Positions 48,529 through 61,231 of a stretch of DNA of 64,000 nt are shown piece after piece; positions within the stretch are counted from its first letter, which is position 1; each line of letters starts with the position of its first letter. Source of the DNA: Coniocarpon cinnabarinum (lineage: Eukaryota); the NCBI GenBank assembly GCA_051942205.1, contig JAVECO010000124.1, positions 1-64,000 on the forward strand. The letters are read 5' to 3'. The position numbers were made by a program, and so were the translations under genes. The notes beneath the pieces were generated by a model. It searched no databases, was not told the DNA's origin, and was given only the letters and a program-made list of their open reading frames with translations.

Positions 48529-49711
48529 CTAGCTCGGCAGGTATTGCTCAAAGACCCAAGCCTGCCCCATTTCATCCAGCATACGCTGAGTATAATCCCC
48601 GTTATCTGAGTGCCAGTCTAGCCAAGGCGTCCATGCACCTTGGTACGCCTCGACCGGATTTGCAGGCATCTTCGCAATGCGCGCCCATCCACACGGGCCC
48701 CAATATCTCCTCGTCACATCCCAAAACCTCTGCCACATCGACTCCGGCACGTATTTCCTGTACCAGCTGCCGCAGTCGAGCAATCGATTCGTGATAAAAG
48801 GCTCCCTTGACGCGTCTCCCGACCAGATTGATGTTCTGGCTAGCGGATTCCATTCCTCGACGCAGTCAGGGCGGCCGACATTAGGTTTGTACCACTCCCG
48901 CCAAATTTCATTTTCGGTGCCGCACTTCCAGATGCAAGCCTGCCCGCTGAATTTCCAATCGAGATTGTCGTCAAAACTGTACACACAGGGCGTGTCTGGC
49001 CCTCCCGCCATCTCTATCATCTTGTCCAAAGGCACCATGATCTTCCCATCAGACCATGCTTTGTCCCATTGGTAAGCGAATCTGATACGAATATTGTCGT
49101 CCGGGGTTACTTCCGAGATGTTCCAGGCAAGCGATCGGGCGCTGAAAATGTCGTTTGGTTTGTGTTCTGTATACAGTGCGACTGTCTCCATGACCTTGTA
49201 GATTTGCCAGTCACCGGTTCCCCAACTTCCCCAGAATGGCATGTAAACATCGAATTGCAGCCAGTCGCCGGAGCGTGAATAACGACAGTATGTGCCGTCT
49301 GCTGCTGGGGCTGCTGGCTGTGCCGGAGGAGGAGGACGGGGTGGCGGTGGCGGCGGAGGTTCAAACTTGTTGGTTGGATTTGCGGGATAGACTGAGACGA
49401 CGTGCGTAGAGGTCGAGGTCTCAGTCCTGTTCGTGAACTCATAGTGCGTCGAGTGGCGCAACCTCATGTCAATTGCTGGTATCCAGTCAGCCCGTGGTCA
49501 CTGCGGAATACCCATCAAGCGACTCACGTTGAGAAAAAGTGGTGGTAATTGCGACGGCATCGTGTGGAGATTGTGTGACCCATGCCGTGACCGTCGCTGG
49601 CGCTAGATCTTCTATTTTGACTGAAGTTGAAGCGCCCCCAAGAGGAACAGCAGTCACCGTCGCAATGAACAACGCAGCTGCAATCATCGGTCGAATGCGA
49701 AAAACCTGCAT
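48529..49711 (-). CDS. Secreted hypothetical protein (signal peptide, Thr/Pro linker, Trp/Cys-rich domain)
   Basis: Signal peptide MQVFRIRPMIAAALFIATVTA, intron about 49527-49476, poly-Pro linker, long open exon 2. Confidence 0.75.
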
Positions 49712-49809
49712 CTTGGTATATGATTGAAAGCCTAGCTATAAATTCTGCTAATGAAATTCTTATAAGCATAATTGCGGTCTTAAGAAGGCATTCTGCGGGT
49801 GTATATATT

Positions 49810-50700
49810 CCAACACGCTCAGATGGGCGCTCAGACGGCGCTCAGACGCCTCACTCGTCTCTAGCTTATCTTGCTTTGCAAAGCATCTTGGCAGATGCTC
49901 AGACAAGGTATCCTTCCATGGACGGGGCATGCTCAGACAAAGCTTTTTTAGAAACCTTGAAAATTAGGGGCTCCAATTGGAGTACGAAAATGGTCGCATT
50001 GTGGAGAATGATGCAATCTAGCGCGCTGCAGAGACGTCCACGGGCTACGAGCCTCTGCTTATGAGTGTTGGCGCTGGTGGGCTAGGCCTCAACCTTCAAT
50101 GGGAATCAGCTTTGATCCGATGATAGATCCTATGAAACTCGAACACAGAGTCCCAGGTGAATTGCCAGGTACAGCGCCTTAGACAGCCACAAGCTATCAA
50201 GCTATTTAGACTATTCGCTTTTAATGCGATGGTTGACAGCTATATCAAAGCGAGGCAAGCGCTCAAACGAGATGCGATAACAACTTTTTTCCGGCCTCTG
50301 ATCATCGATACCGACGAGGAACCAGATTTTTCAAAGCTCGAGGTGTTTGGCACAGGCCCTTCTGAGGCGGACCGCTTCGATATGGAGGAGGTGCAAGGAA
50401 CGGGCCATGAGACGGACGCGGTGGATGATCAAAGGGATCGCGACGACCGACACTTTTCAGACAGAGATGACGAGGGGTCTGCTAGGTCTCAGCCTAGGCG
50501 GGGAGCCTGTACGATATGCACAATTGAGGCTCTAAACCTACGCGTACAACGGCAATAGCCCTTTATGAGTAAAAAAGACACTAAATTATAGTGTGGCAAG
50601 TACTATCCCACCAGACCCTAGCTAGCAGAAACTTTGGCTATATAAGAGAACACAGTGGACAGTGCTAGATATTAATGAGGAAAGGGCTAAGTAGAAGAGC
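49810..50700 (+). mobile_element. Degraded transposon-like relic
   Basis: Repeated GCTCAGA motifs at 49815-49940, a 133-codon ORF with CxxC, and several in-frame TAG/TAA stops downstream. TpA-rich. Confidence 0.35.
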
Positions 50701-51169
50701 ACCTGCCGTACATTAATTCAACAACCTGTAAGGCATAGGGAGGTTTCGCCATCGTGCCAACGAAGCTGTTGATTTGGAAGAATGGTACATCTTGCTGCAA
50801 GTGTTCTAACGCTGATCACATTCAACGAGATGAAGACGACACGGCAAGTACCTTGTAAGAAGCACTCGCCAGACTGAGTTCAGCGTTGATAAGGCGCTGC
50901 GGGGCTTTCGCCGTTGTATCTATGGCTCCGCGACCGAAGTTATCGTTATTGAACGGGCTCCTCGGCTGAACTGAGATCCAACAACGACTTTTGACAGACC
51001 CTTGCCGAAACCTCGCTCCAGCTTTTTAGCATCAGAATAGAGCATTTGAAGGCCATTGAAATACTGTATGTCATAGCATGAGTTCATATCTAAACCGTCG
51101 CAAAACCACCACAAGAAACACAAAGACCCAAACGACCTCCCCTCTCATTGCCATTCAGTCCTCAAACCC

Positions 51170-52527
51170 TTACATCACACTCTCAATCTTCATCTCATCC
51201 ACCACCTCCACCTTCTTCACATCCTCCCTCATCTCACTATAGTCTCTAATCTGGTCCTGCGTCCAACTCCACAGTTTCTCCCTCAAGTCCTCACTCCGCG
51301 ACCACGGACTGCCGAGGACTTCATTCGCGACGGGAAAGTAAAACGCCCCGCTTTTGACGTCCGGGCTTGACGCCGCCCAGAGTGTATTCTGGCAGCCTTG
51401 ATAGACGGACATGATGAGGGGTGGGAACATGAGAAATTGCATGAGGAACATTATCGGGGACATCCAGGGGTGGTCTTCCACGACGCCGCGACCTGTCCAT
51501 ATATCAGTTCTGTTACTTTGTTTATGTTTGTGAGAAGCGGTGTGGGGAGGCACGTGTAGTAGCTGGTGGAGTAGACAGGTGTAGTGCATTTCGGTGGTAA
51601 AGACATACCAATGCCTGATTTGACGAAACCTGGATTCACAACAACACTCTTAACGCCACTCCCAATTTCCTGCTCCTTCTGCGCGAGCGCCCGCGCATAC
51701 GTCACGTTCGCCAATTTCGACTGACTGTATCGATTAAACGGCTTCAGTCCCCCACAATCAGGTGACTTCATATCCTCGAGATGAATCCCCCTCGGATTGA
51801 TGAATTCGCCTTCATAACCCCCAGAAAGGGCAATAACACGGACATCGGTGCTCGGATCCTCCTTGGCTGTTTTCCGTAACAAAGGGAGCAGGAGATCGAT
51901 CAAGTAAGCGTGGCCTAAGTGGTTGATGCCGAATTGGATTTCGTAGCCGTCTGATGTCAGGCCGGGCGGACAGGCCATGACGCCGGCGTTTGTGATCAGG
52001 ATGTGAAGACGGTTGTTGGGGTCTGAGGTTATTTTTTGGGCGGCGGATTTGATGGAGTCGAAGGAGGTGAGGTCGAGAGGGATGTGAGTGATTCGGGCGT
52101 TTGGAGAGGTGCGGCGGATAGCAGCGATGGCGGCTATAGAGTGTTAGTTATGGAAATAGAAAAAGTGAAGGGGGGCAACACACCTTCTGACTTAGCTTTG
52201 CTGCGGGCGGCCATCCAGATTCGGTTGGGATTCTGTTTGGCAATTTGTTTGATGGTTTCTTTGCCGATGCCATCGCTGCCTTTGAATGTATTTGTTAGCT
52301 TGTTTGCGGCTTGTTCTGATTCGTGCTATGAGACTGGTAGCGGCCGATGTAGCGTCCAAATATAGAATTACAGCACTGAAAAGGAGATCGGCTATATCAA
52401 ACTTACCTCCTGTGACTAGTATAGACTTGCCCTGCAGGCCACGCATGTGCTCTTTTGAAGCATACTTGAATCCAAGAGACTTCAAGGGCAAAGACAGCCC
52501 CAGGATCGTATGATCTCGGTTACTCAT
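51170..52527 (-). CDS. Short-chain dehydrogenase/reductase (retinol dehydrogenase/WWOX-like), 4 exons
   Basis: TGGSDGIG across intron 1, ITNAGVMA, DGYEIQFGINHLGH, YSQSKLAN, VNPGFV, LWSWT. Confidence 0.9.
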
Positions 52528-52851
52528 GACGAATGGAGCCCTGGCTCAACAACGAATGTGATAAATGATGGACGTAGATAGAGAACGAGGTCTTTTTATC
52601 GAAAGACAGGATTGTCTCATTGAGATGATACCTCAAAATACTTGCATCTCGATCACATTCTTATAATCCTGATTATGTTTTCAATGTGGTCTGCATATTG
52701 ATGGCGATATCCTCCGTGTTCCGGGCTCTCCGCTTCGACAGCGGCTCGGCACATTTTGAGACGTGGCGTAGCAGAAGCCTAGATTTCAATGCTTTGCTCA
52801 ATGAGGCCTGCACAGTGTGTGACTGGCCCATCTGACCTAGACTTCGTAGAG

Positions 52852-53140
52852 CTACAATGAATACGCCGAAATCATCTCAACGATAGAATCAGCCAAGGAC
52901 TACAAGACGGTGGAATAGTGGATCAGTAGAGTGAACGAAAACGTGTTGTAGTGGTATAAGCATCAAGAAGCGGGGATTAGGCTATAGCATCACCAGATTT
53001 CTGCTAAGAGTGAAATACCGAAGGACAACATTAAATACCGATAGGATTGAGAGAGGCTCTAGAACGGTTGCAGGTGGAGTGTTGGGCTAGGCCAGATCTT
53101 AGCTTGGGCGTATTTGCGACCCTTGCGAGCTTCTTAGGCG
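52852..53140 (+). pseudogene. Gene relic with RIP-like stop codons
   Basis: One frame reads as protein-like sequence interrupted only by TAG stops and one TGA, all explicable as C->T from CAG/CGA. Confidence 0.45.
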
Positions 53141-53730
53141 GTGCATGCATTTTGCCATGTGGACAGACCTGCTTGCAGCATGGTGTGCATTAGTGCGGGA
53201 GATATATCTTGAAGTGGATGGTTCCTCAGCCGCAAACGTCGCCGGCGGATCAAGTTTCATGGTGACACGGACAGTCGAATCGACAAGCGAGGTTTAAATC
53301 ATTGTCTAATGCAGGGTGAAATGGACCTTCAGGATGGAGCCGCTTCGGGATCGCCGGACTGACGCACGTGCACCGATGCATGTGGAAGGAGAGGATGCAG
53401 GATACTGCTTGAGATGCGCGACCCAGGCCCTGTTTTCCTCTGAGGTAAGGTAGCATCTGACGCGGGTAATATTACTGGCGAAGAAAGGGACCGTGGGAGA
53501 TATGACTGTCTGGACGGTCCAGAGTGCTGACATGTTAGTCATGCAGCAAGCCTCGAAGGCAGCAGAGCCGCACGGTCGCAGAGACCATTGCACTGGGCGC
53601 AGAGGATACGTGCAAAGCCCTATAGGCATACATTTGGACGTGTAGTCACTCCGCATGCAGCATATGCATTGCCTACGGAGGAGAATTAAACCGGCCCCCA
53701 CAAAACAGCCGTGAGCGGAGTCATGAGCCG

Positions 53731-53776
53731 CACGTGCCGAGCCGCACGTGACATAACCACGTGATTAGATCACGTG
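53731..53776. promoter_or_regulatory. Cluster of four E-boxes (CACGTG)
   Basis: CACGTG at 53731, 53745, 53758 and 53771. Confidence 0.55.
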
Positions 53777-54468
53777 TCAGGACAAAACGCTAGACGTCTC
53801 AGAAAAACGAGCTACGTCTCATGCTTGTCTGGATGCATGCGGCTCCTTAATGTCCCTGCGACAAGCCCCACATCTTCCGTTGACGCCGTCGTCATTTTGA
53901 GCAGGTCACTTCCATCCACATGCGCGGAGCCATTCCGAATCAAATGAGCTCCGTCTCAAATCTTATTCCTATTGACTTTCCCTGAGAAAGTCTGCACCTC
54001 CACAAAGGAACGGGGGTACAATGTGGTCGCTCGGACCTTTCGAACCTTCCTTGTCTTGCGCGACGATGAGAGTCTATATGGACTCAACCATGTCATAATG
54101 CTTGGTAGTGCTCCCAGTGTCACGGCAATGCAACATATTTGTGGAGAAAACAAGCATCCTTAGCAATGACCTTACAGAACAAGCCTCACGCAAGGTGTAT
54201 ACCAGAGACATATCCATCGAACCTTGTCTCCTGATCCCAGCTTCCTATCGCTGTGTCGGCATCCATACACATACATATATGTGAACAATAATTAGAGACT
54301 TCTCATCCTGTTTCGCTCGTTTTTTTTCGATAACTCCAGCGCTCCTCTCTTTCTGCTCTTCCGCTGCTACCTGTTGTCTACTATTAAGCAATTGAACATC
54401 TTCGGGCTTTTTGCCTTTTTTCATCCTATTCGTCGAATCTTCACATTCCAATGACCATCTCTACAGCC

Positions 54469-55446
54469 ATGAAAGCCTCCTTGCTCGCTCTACTTCCTGT
54501 TGTCTCCGGCGGCGCCGTGGTCCCTCGTCAATCTTATTTCAGCTTTGGGAATGCCTTCTCGACTGGCCCAGTTGCGACAAACTCATGGATTCGAGAGGCT
54601 ACCACCACGCTCGTTCTACCAGCTCTCAACAACCCACATAATGGGAACCTTGGTCTGTGGCCAGGCATGGGCACGAAGTTCCCCTCAGGAGCAGATGGTC
54701 AGCTCGTCCAGGGCCTTGCCATCTCTACCGTTGGTCGCGGGTGCGTTTAATGATCATGCAAGTCTTATGGCTTCAGAATTGACGGAAATAGGTCTTCATG
54801 CAACTTTGCTGCGGGCGATGTGAACTGGTGTGCTGTTGCAAGCACGTATGATGGTACGACATCTTCAATCTTTGTCTTTGTTTGGGATCGCTGACGTTTC
54901 TTGAAGGGAGCCAGCACGACGGTACTCCTTACCGGGCCAAGCCAGGCGACCATGTCACTTATAACTGTAAGTCTCTGATCACCATCATCACGATGACAGT
55001 TCATGGACCACTGACTCCTGAGTAGACAAGTACAATGATGCCACTTCCCAGTTCGACCAGACGGTCTCGGTCAACGGCGCTGTGGTGTCCACGCTGTCCA
55101 CAAGTACGTAATGTTGTGCTCAGGCTTCGTTTTACATGCTGACATTTTGCTAGCGAGCGGCCAAGGTGCCGGATGGGGTACCGGTGAGTTGACCCGACCG
55201 CCCTTCTCCCTGCTGAAAGACTGGTCACTGATCATTCTCCCAACAGCGATGGAATGCCAACAGGCAAACTGTGGAACCGTCCCACAGCATCAATACCTCA
55301 ACACGACTATAACCATGAACACACCCGATCCAAACTATTCGCGGACTCTCTCACTCAACGGCGCCACGGGTAACTTGGTCACCGCAGATGGTGGCAAGAC
55401 CTGGACCGTGGCAACCATCACCATCCAGCAGTATACTTACCATTAA
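54469..55446 (+). CDS. Small secreted beta-rich protein, 6 exons
   Basis: Signal peptide MKASLLALLPVVSG, propeptide VVPRQ, LWPGMGT, LVQGLAIS, WCAVASTY, GWGTAMEC, TADGGKTWTV. Five canonical introns. Confidence 0.85.
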
Positions 55447-56414
55447 ACGGCCCCAAGCGACTGGAGGAAAGCTCTATGGGTGCATGAGCTATCGTGATAA
55501 CTTATTTTTCAAGGGATTTCCTAGTAAAGTAGTGCAAAATTGATCATGTCTAACACTCGAGATCCCATTCTTCTGTAAATATTTCTTCAATGCACACACG
55601 CGCGAATGCCGCCGGCATTGTCGCTAGCGCGTACAAGCTCAAGTTCAAGCCCACATCTGCGGATAGAACACATCAATCCGCCCACATCGTTTGCATCCCA
55701 CTCGGCATCATAGTCTGACCTACGGAGTACTCATATCACTTCAATCATTTTATTGGCCTGTTACAAGACCAAAGTTTGGTCGCATGGCGTAAAGAAGGGA
55801 TTCCAAAAGCATCCTACTTACGCCTCTGTCATGAACATTGTGTAGTCAGGTTGCTTGAATAGGAGCACACAGTGTATCGGCTCAACTCAGAAATTGAGAC
55901 TTTAGTATGCGGCAGAACGTCACGTGGTCTAGTATCACGTGGCTGTATGGAACACTAACTGTTTCTGCAAACCCGATGCTAGGCAACGATGACAACGAGG
56001 CCTCATCTACTTCGTCATAGATTGCGTCTTTTCCCCGTCCGGCACACTGGGAGAAGTACCTCCTTGACACACCGTTGCCATCACACTTGGAAGCAGCGAC
56101 TTGATCAAACAGCGGGAGTCTCGGAAGCACGGCCGCGGCAGAGCCGTTTGCACTCGCGCCTACTCTTTGCCCATTGTACTCACATCACGCGCGCCCCCAA
56201 AATGGCGCGACACGACTCCCGTCTGCCTGCTGGTGGCGGTGCTGTGACCTCTACGTGCTCGGGCTGTCCGTCATCGTCATCATTCACTCTTTCATCTGTC
56301 ACAGGGCGTGCAACCTTGCTCACGCGACGCCTCGCTGGTCAACATACAAGAGCAAGGATCTGCGCCAAACTAGCGGCGGGATAGACGCCATTCGATGTCA
56401 CCACATTTTGCAGT

Positions 56415-58775
56415 ATGAGTAGCCCACTACGCAATTCCACCATCTCCAACCACGAAAGGGGCGACAGTGACGAGGTCGCGCCTGGCATCAAACAGGTCTT
56501 CAGCAACCCTCCGGACACGGATGCCAAAGCAAGACCGCAGGCACGGCCGCCCGATCCTGAAGACACCGATGCCTTTCGCAACAGCTTCAAGCGTAATCCC
56601 AAAGGCTCATGGCACCAGAATTTCACCGTGGACTGGAAGACGCCGTGGAAGGAAAACACTTGGGACAATGGAAGAGTGCTGATGGTTGATTACATGCGCT
56701 GGAATCCATCCAAACACAAGGCGGGCACGGTCAAGATTTTGGCCAAAGAGATTCAGGATCACCATGGCTTGCAAGAGTTCTATGCAGATACACACAGATG
56801 CAAGCAAGCGGCTCTGAGAGTCATACACGTTCAGAACGCTCCCTGGGCTGTCAAGTATCTCATGCACAAGTACAACGTGATCTCTAGTGATGATCTCGTC
56901 GGCTCCGACTTTGGCAAGTGGGTCAAGTTCGATCAGCCCGAGTGGCGAGCAGGAAAGCCACTGCTCAAAGGCAAGACATGGCGTACTCAACGCGACCCAT
57001 GGCGAGGGATACGGCGAACATGCTTTGGCACCGACTATCTCAGAGCCAACGATACACGCACTGAGAGCCGCGGTGACTCTCATTTGGCTAACAGCGATGC
57101 CGGTCGTGACGCCGCCCGCGATGACATCCGCAATGCACAAGTGCCGGAGGACCACAAGCTCATGGAGTTGAACTGTTATGACGATGCAGATGCGCCCTGC
57201 TATGGGTGGGACGTTAATGTGCAGCGGCTGTCAGTGTACATCCAGTTCTCCGAAGGCGAGCCCCAACCTCCGAAAGGCGTCAAGAACCCCTACTATCGCG
57301 ATGAGCACATGGACGAGAAGGATGTGGATGAGCAAGTGCCTGCGAATGGGCATGTGCATAAGCCTAAGCTACCACCCTTTGAAGCTCTCGACAATGGTAA
57401 CACCATCATTGTCTTTGAAAACTCTCCAGATAAATCAGTAACGAACACACTGATTGGTGCCAGGCAGCAAATTGAGTCAAGGTGGCGACGTCTATCTTTT
57501 TACCTACCGCAAGAAGACGTACGAGATGACGCCCGTTTAGCATTGGAATGCATGGACTTGATTCTCGAGGATATCTTCAAAGGGCTCGGTACAGCATGGG
57601 AGCAGTTCCTCAACATTGCCGAAACGCACATCGCGATCCTGGAAGATAAGATCTACGATTCTCCTGCGGACGAAAGTCGCGCTCCTGAACTTTGGTACAA
57701 CTCAAGCGCATGGCTTAAGGTCGAGCGCCTTTGCTTCATCCACCTAGAATGCGTCAAAGAGTTGCAGACACACCTCGACGACCTGCCCAACCGTCCTGAG
57801 CTCCAGCGCAAATGGCTTGACGGGGTCACCGAACAGTTCGACAAACTCACCACTCTGGTCCAAGAGGATCTCACCAAACCAACCACCAATTTATCTGACC
57901 TAATGTATAAGAGCGTTGAAATTAGAGACTCACGACAGAGTCTAGGTCTCGAAACTAGCATGTGGCGCCTGTCCTGGATAACCTTCATCTTTTTACCACT
58001 CACCTTCATCGTCGGCTTCTTCGGCATGAACGTCGATACGTTCTCGAATGATCCTTCCATTAAATGGTACTTTGCCTCTGCCATTCCTCTCATGTTCGTG
58101 GTGCTAATCCTCTGGTACGTTCTCAAACATTCTCTGGCCTCACGGAAGCAAACGCCCTATCAACGCGGTGTCTACGAGCATTTATACCACGATCTTGCGA
58201 CTCAGAACTCCCAATTATGGTCTCGTGCCGGGCCGCGACGAGACGTCCAACCTATTGGCTTCTATTCCCGGCTGCGATGGTGGTTCTTACGGCGGTGGTT
58301 CGATCCTCGCCGGACGATTGCGAAGCCAACTTCAGACCCCGACGAAGACGTGGGTGGCAGCGGTCTTGGTGCGTGGGCTCGCTGCAAGCGCATGCTTGCG
58401 CGCAAATGGCTCGGAACCATTGACGCCCGACGCCGGCCGAGCATTTCCGAAAGCGAAGAGGCACTGACGGATACCGTTCCCTTGAGCGACGTGGTGGCCA
58501 CGAGCACGGCGGCTGGAACGGCGGAGACGGTTCCCGCAGTTGCAAGACTGTCGCGTCAGAATTTGGATCGTTTGAGTTTGCCGGCATCTGGGAGTCCACG
58601 GACGAGTGCTCGACCGAGCTCGAGCGGAGGAAGTAGTGGAGGGTTGATGGTTGAGGAGCGGGACGTAGGTGAGCGACGAGCGAGTCTGGATGGTGTCGGC
58701 GTGTGGAGTGAGCATGGAGGTGTGCGAAGGAGTATTGATGGGTTGATGGAGACGTTTGGCGTGGGCGCCTTGTAG
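56415..58775 (+). CDS. CorA-family Mg2+/divalent cation transporter-like protein
   Basis: RLSWITFIFLPLTFIVGFFGMN (GMN signature) followed by a second TM helix. Intronless, 786 aa. Confidence 0.9.
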   Translation: MSSPLRNSTISNHERGDSDEVAPGIKQVFSNPPDTDAKARPQARPPDPEDTDAFRNSFKRNPKGSWHQNFTVDWKTPWKENTWDNGRVLMVDYMRWNPSKHKAGTVKILAKEIQDHHGLQEFYADTHRCKQAALRVIHVQNAPWAVKYLMHKYNVISSDDLVGSDFGKWVKFDQPEWRAGKPLLKGKTWRTQRDPWRGIRRTCFGTDYLRANDTRTESRGDSHLANSDAGRDAARDDIRNAQVPEDHKLMELNCYDDADAPCYGWDVNVQRLSVYIQFSEGEPQPPKGVKNPYYRDEHMDEKDVDEQVPANGHVHKPKLPPFEALDNGNTIIVFENSPDKSVTNTLIGARQQIESRWRRLSFYLPQEDVRDDARLALECMDLILEDIFKGLGTAWEQFLNIAETHIAILEDKIYDSPADESRAPELWYNSSAWLKVERLCFIHLECVKELQTHLDDLPNRPELQRKWLDGVTEQFDKLTTLVQEDLTKPTTNLSDLMYKSVEIRDSRQSLGLETSMWRLSWITFIFLPLTFIVGFFGMNVDTFSNDPSIKWYFASAIPLMFVVLILWYVLKHSLASRKQTPYQRGVYEHLYHDLATQNSQLWSRAGPRRDVQPIGFYSRLRWWFLRRWFDPRRTIAKPTSDPDEDVGGSGLGAWARCKRMLARKWLGTIDARRRPSISESEEALTDTVPLSDVVATSTAAGTAETVPAVARLSRQNLDRLSLPASGSPRTSARPSSSGGSSGGLMVEERDVGERRASLDGVGVWSEHGGVRRSIDGLMETFGVGAL

Positions 58776-59900
58776 CGACGGCATTTGTCAAGGCTATTTA
58801 TTATTATGCATGTGGGAGGGAGGTGTACTGGCACATTTTATTCGAGATATCATGAAGCGGTTGCACTGCCTCGAGGGCCTCGACCAGAGTCCTCCCCAGA
58901 CGTCGAGCCTCCGCGGTAACGTATATTCGTCTTACAAAGCTATGGGCACCATGGCGAAACGCCCCTATGCCTTACAAGTTGTTGAATTCATATATGGCAA
59001 GTGCTCTTCTGCTTAGCCCTTGCAGCAAGAGTGTACCGTACCATTCTTCAAAATCAACAGCTTCGTTTGCGATGGCGTGCGGAACATCCTCGATTCCATC
59101 AAACACTTCGACTTGCCCGACGATGACTATGCAAGCTACAAATCATGCAGCTACGCAACGAGCTACTTCTGATGTCCTCGCTGAGAACGACGACAAAGGC
59201 GAAGTGCTCGCCATTCGCTGCATGCGACGTTGTGGTGCATCGAGCACTGCCAAGTTCCCCCAATAATGACGATAATAAGACATTAAGGTTGGTGCATTCC
59301 AGCATGGCATCAACGCTTGAAAAGCGGAAGTTGGAGCAAGGGAAATGATCGTGACGATCGTGACGAGATGTGAGAAAGGACTTGTGCGCAAGAGTAGGAA
59401 AGTGTTTTTGCACGACGGAAAGTGTCATTTTGTTGGATACTGTCACGAACTCCATGCTCGAGAATGTTGCGGCTCTGAAACAGCGGAGAGATGAGATGAA
59501 CAAGGACTGATTCTATAGTCTAATCGGATATGGTCAAGTGAAATTGACACTATCTCTGGTCAATGAAAGCAGCGATACTGAATAATAGCAGATTAGACCC
59601 ATCAATAGGGGTGTTTGCATCTTCGAAAGCCAGCTGTGAAGCAACCAACATGATTTTCCGAGCGGATATGGACGGCTGTCATAGGCTGCCTGGAAGCATC
59701 TTTTGTCGCGCTTGACAACAGCTCAAGTCAAAAAAAAAATGGTGGGTAATGAGAGCATTAAACAAGCGATCAATTCAATATCGGGAAATGCTTTAGCCGT
59801 AGGAGTACATACCTCGCCACACGCCAAGTACACCTACTATGCTTCCTCGCCAACTCCATGCATTTTCGCTCCATATATCATAGTCACCACCGTCATTTCT

Positions 59901-61231
59901 TCACACCCGCAAAACCCGCTTCGCCTGCTCCACTACCGTTTCCACCTGCGGAAAAGCCATCTCCTCGAGTTTCACCGCATACGGTGTCGGAACTTCCGCG
60001 CCCGTCACTCTAATCGGCGGCGCTTGCAAATAGTCAAAGCCATATTCCGTTGCCAACGCCAGAATCTCAGCGCCGACACCAAAACTGGGAAATCCGCTCT
60101 CAAGCGCCATCAGCGCGCCGGTCTTTTTCACGGAGTTGACAATCGCCTCCACGTCCATGGGTTTGACGGAGCGCAAGTTAATAACTTCGGCGTCGACGCC
60201 GTAGGTGTCTTTGAGTTGCTGTGCGGCGTTTAGGGCTTGGCCGACGCAGCGCGAGAGGGTTACGATTGTGATGTCGCTTCCTGGACGTTCGATCTTGGCT
60301 TTGCCGAAGGGGATGACGAAGTCGGAAGATTGAGCTTCAGGAGACATTGGGAATTGTTCGCCGTACATGAGTCTGCGCGTGGACGGTTAGCCTCTTGATT
60401 GAGCCCGGCTGGGTGAGAGATACAGAACTCACTCGTTCTCCAGAACGACGACTGGGTTGGGGTCACGAATGGCTGCCTTCAGCAGACCTTTCGCATCCTC
60501 GCTACTCCACGGACTCACAACCTTCAACCCCGGTATACTGCCGTACCACGATGAGTAGTCTTGACTGTGTTGCGCAGCCACACCGGCCGCAAAGCCGTTT
60601 GGTCCTCGAAAAGTCACATTGCACGGCTGGATACCACCGGACATGTAATGCGTCTTTCCTGCGGAGTTGATGATCTGGTCAATGGCCTGCATGGCGAAGT
60701 TGAACGTCATGAATTCGCAGATCGGATGTAAACCGGCGAGCGCGGAACCGACTGCCAGACCACAGAAACCGGACTCGGTAATGGGAGTGTCGATAACGCG
60801 CTTTTCACCAAACTTGTCGAGGAGGCCTTTCGTGACTTTGTAGCTGTCGCGACCGAATTAGCCTCAATCTCCTCGAAGGGCTCTTGCTACTCATGACTGT
60901 CTTGGTGGCACACTGGATGGAGAACCTCCGGAAAAGACTGTACGTGAAATCTAGGCACATACGCTCCCTGATATTGCGCGACTTCTTCGCCTAATATGAA
61001 CACCTTCTCATTCCGCTCCATCTCCTCCACCATAGCTTCATTGAGGGCATCCCGAACCGCGACTTCCTTTGTCCCCGCCTCGCTCGCGTACGTTCGTATC
61101 CTCGACGATAAGCTGCCACTGACTGCTGGTGTGAGACTTGACCGGAAGCAAGGTCTTGCAGGCGCTGCGAAGGATGTCCGAGCTGAGGATAGGATGTGCG
61201 AAGCCGGTCGGAGGAGCTTCCGAGAGGCCAT
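59901..61231 (-). CDS. PDB1: Pyruvate dehydrogenase E1 beta subunit, mitochondrial, 3 exons
   Basis: [70 protein letters not shown]. Introns about 60962-60845 and 60432-60374. Confidence 0.97.

Noticed and set aside
53435..53495. TPP-riboswitch-like words (CTGAG..CTGA..GGTAAT..CTGGCG..AAAGG)
   Set aside because: Spacing and stem pairing do not fit, and no thiamine gene is adjacent. An Infernal search with the TPP model would settle it.
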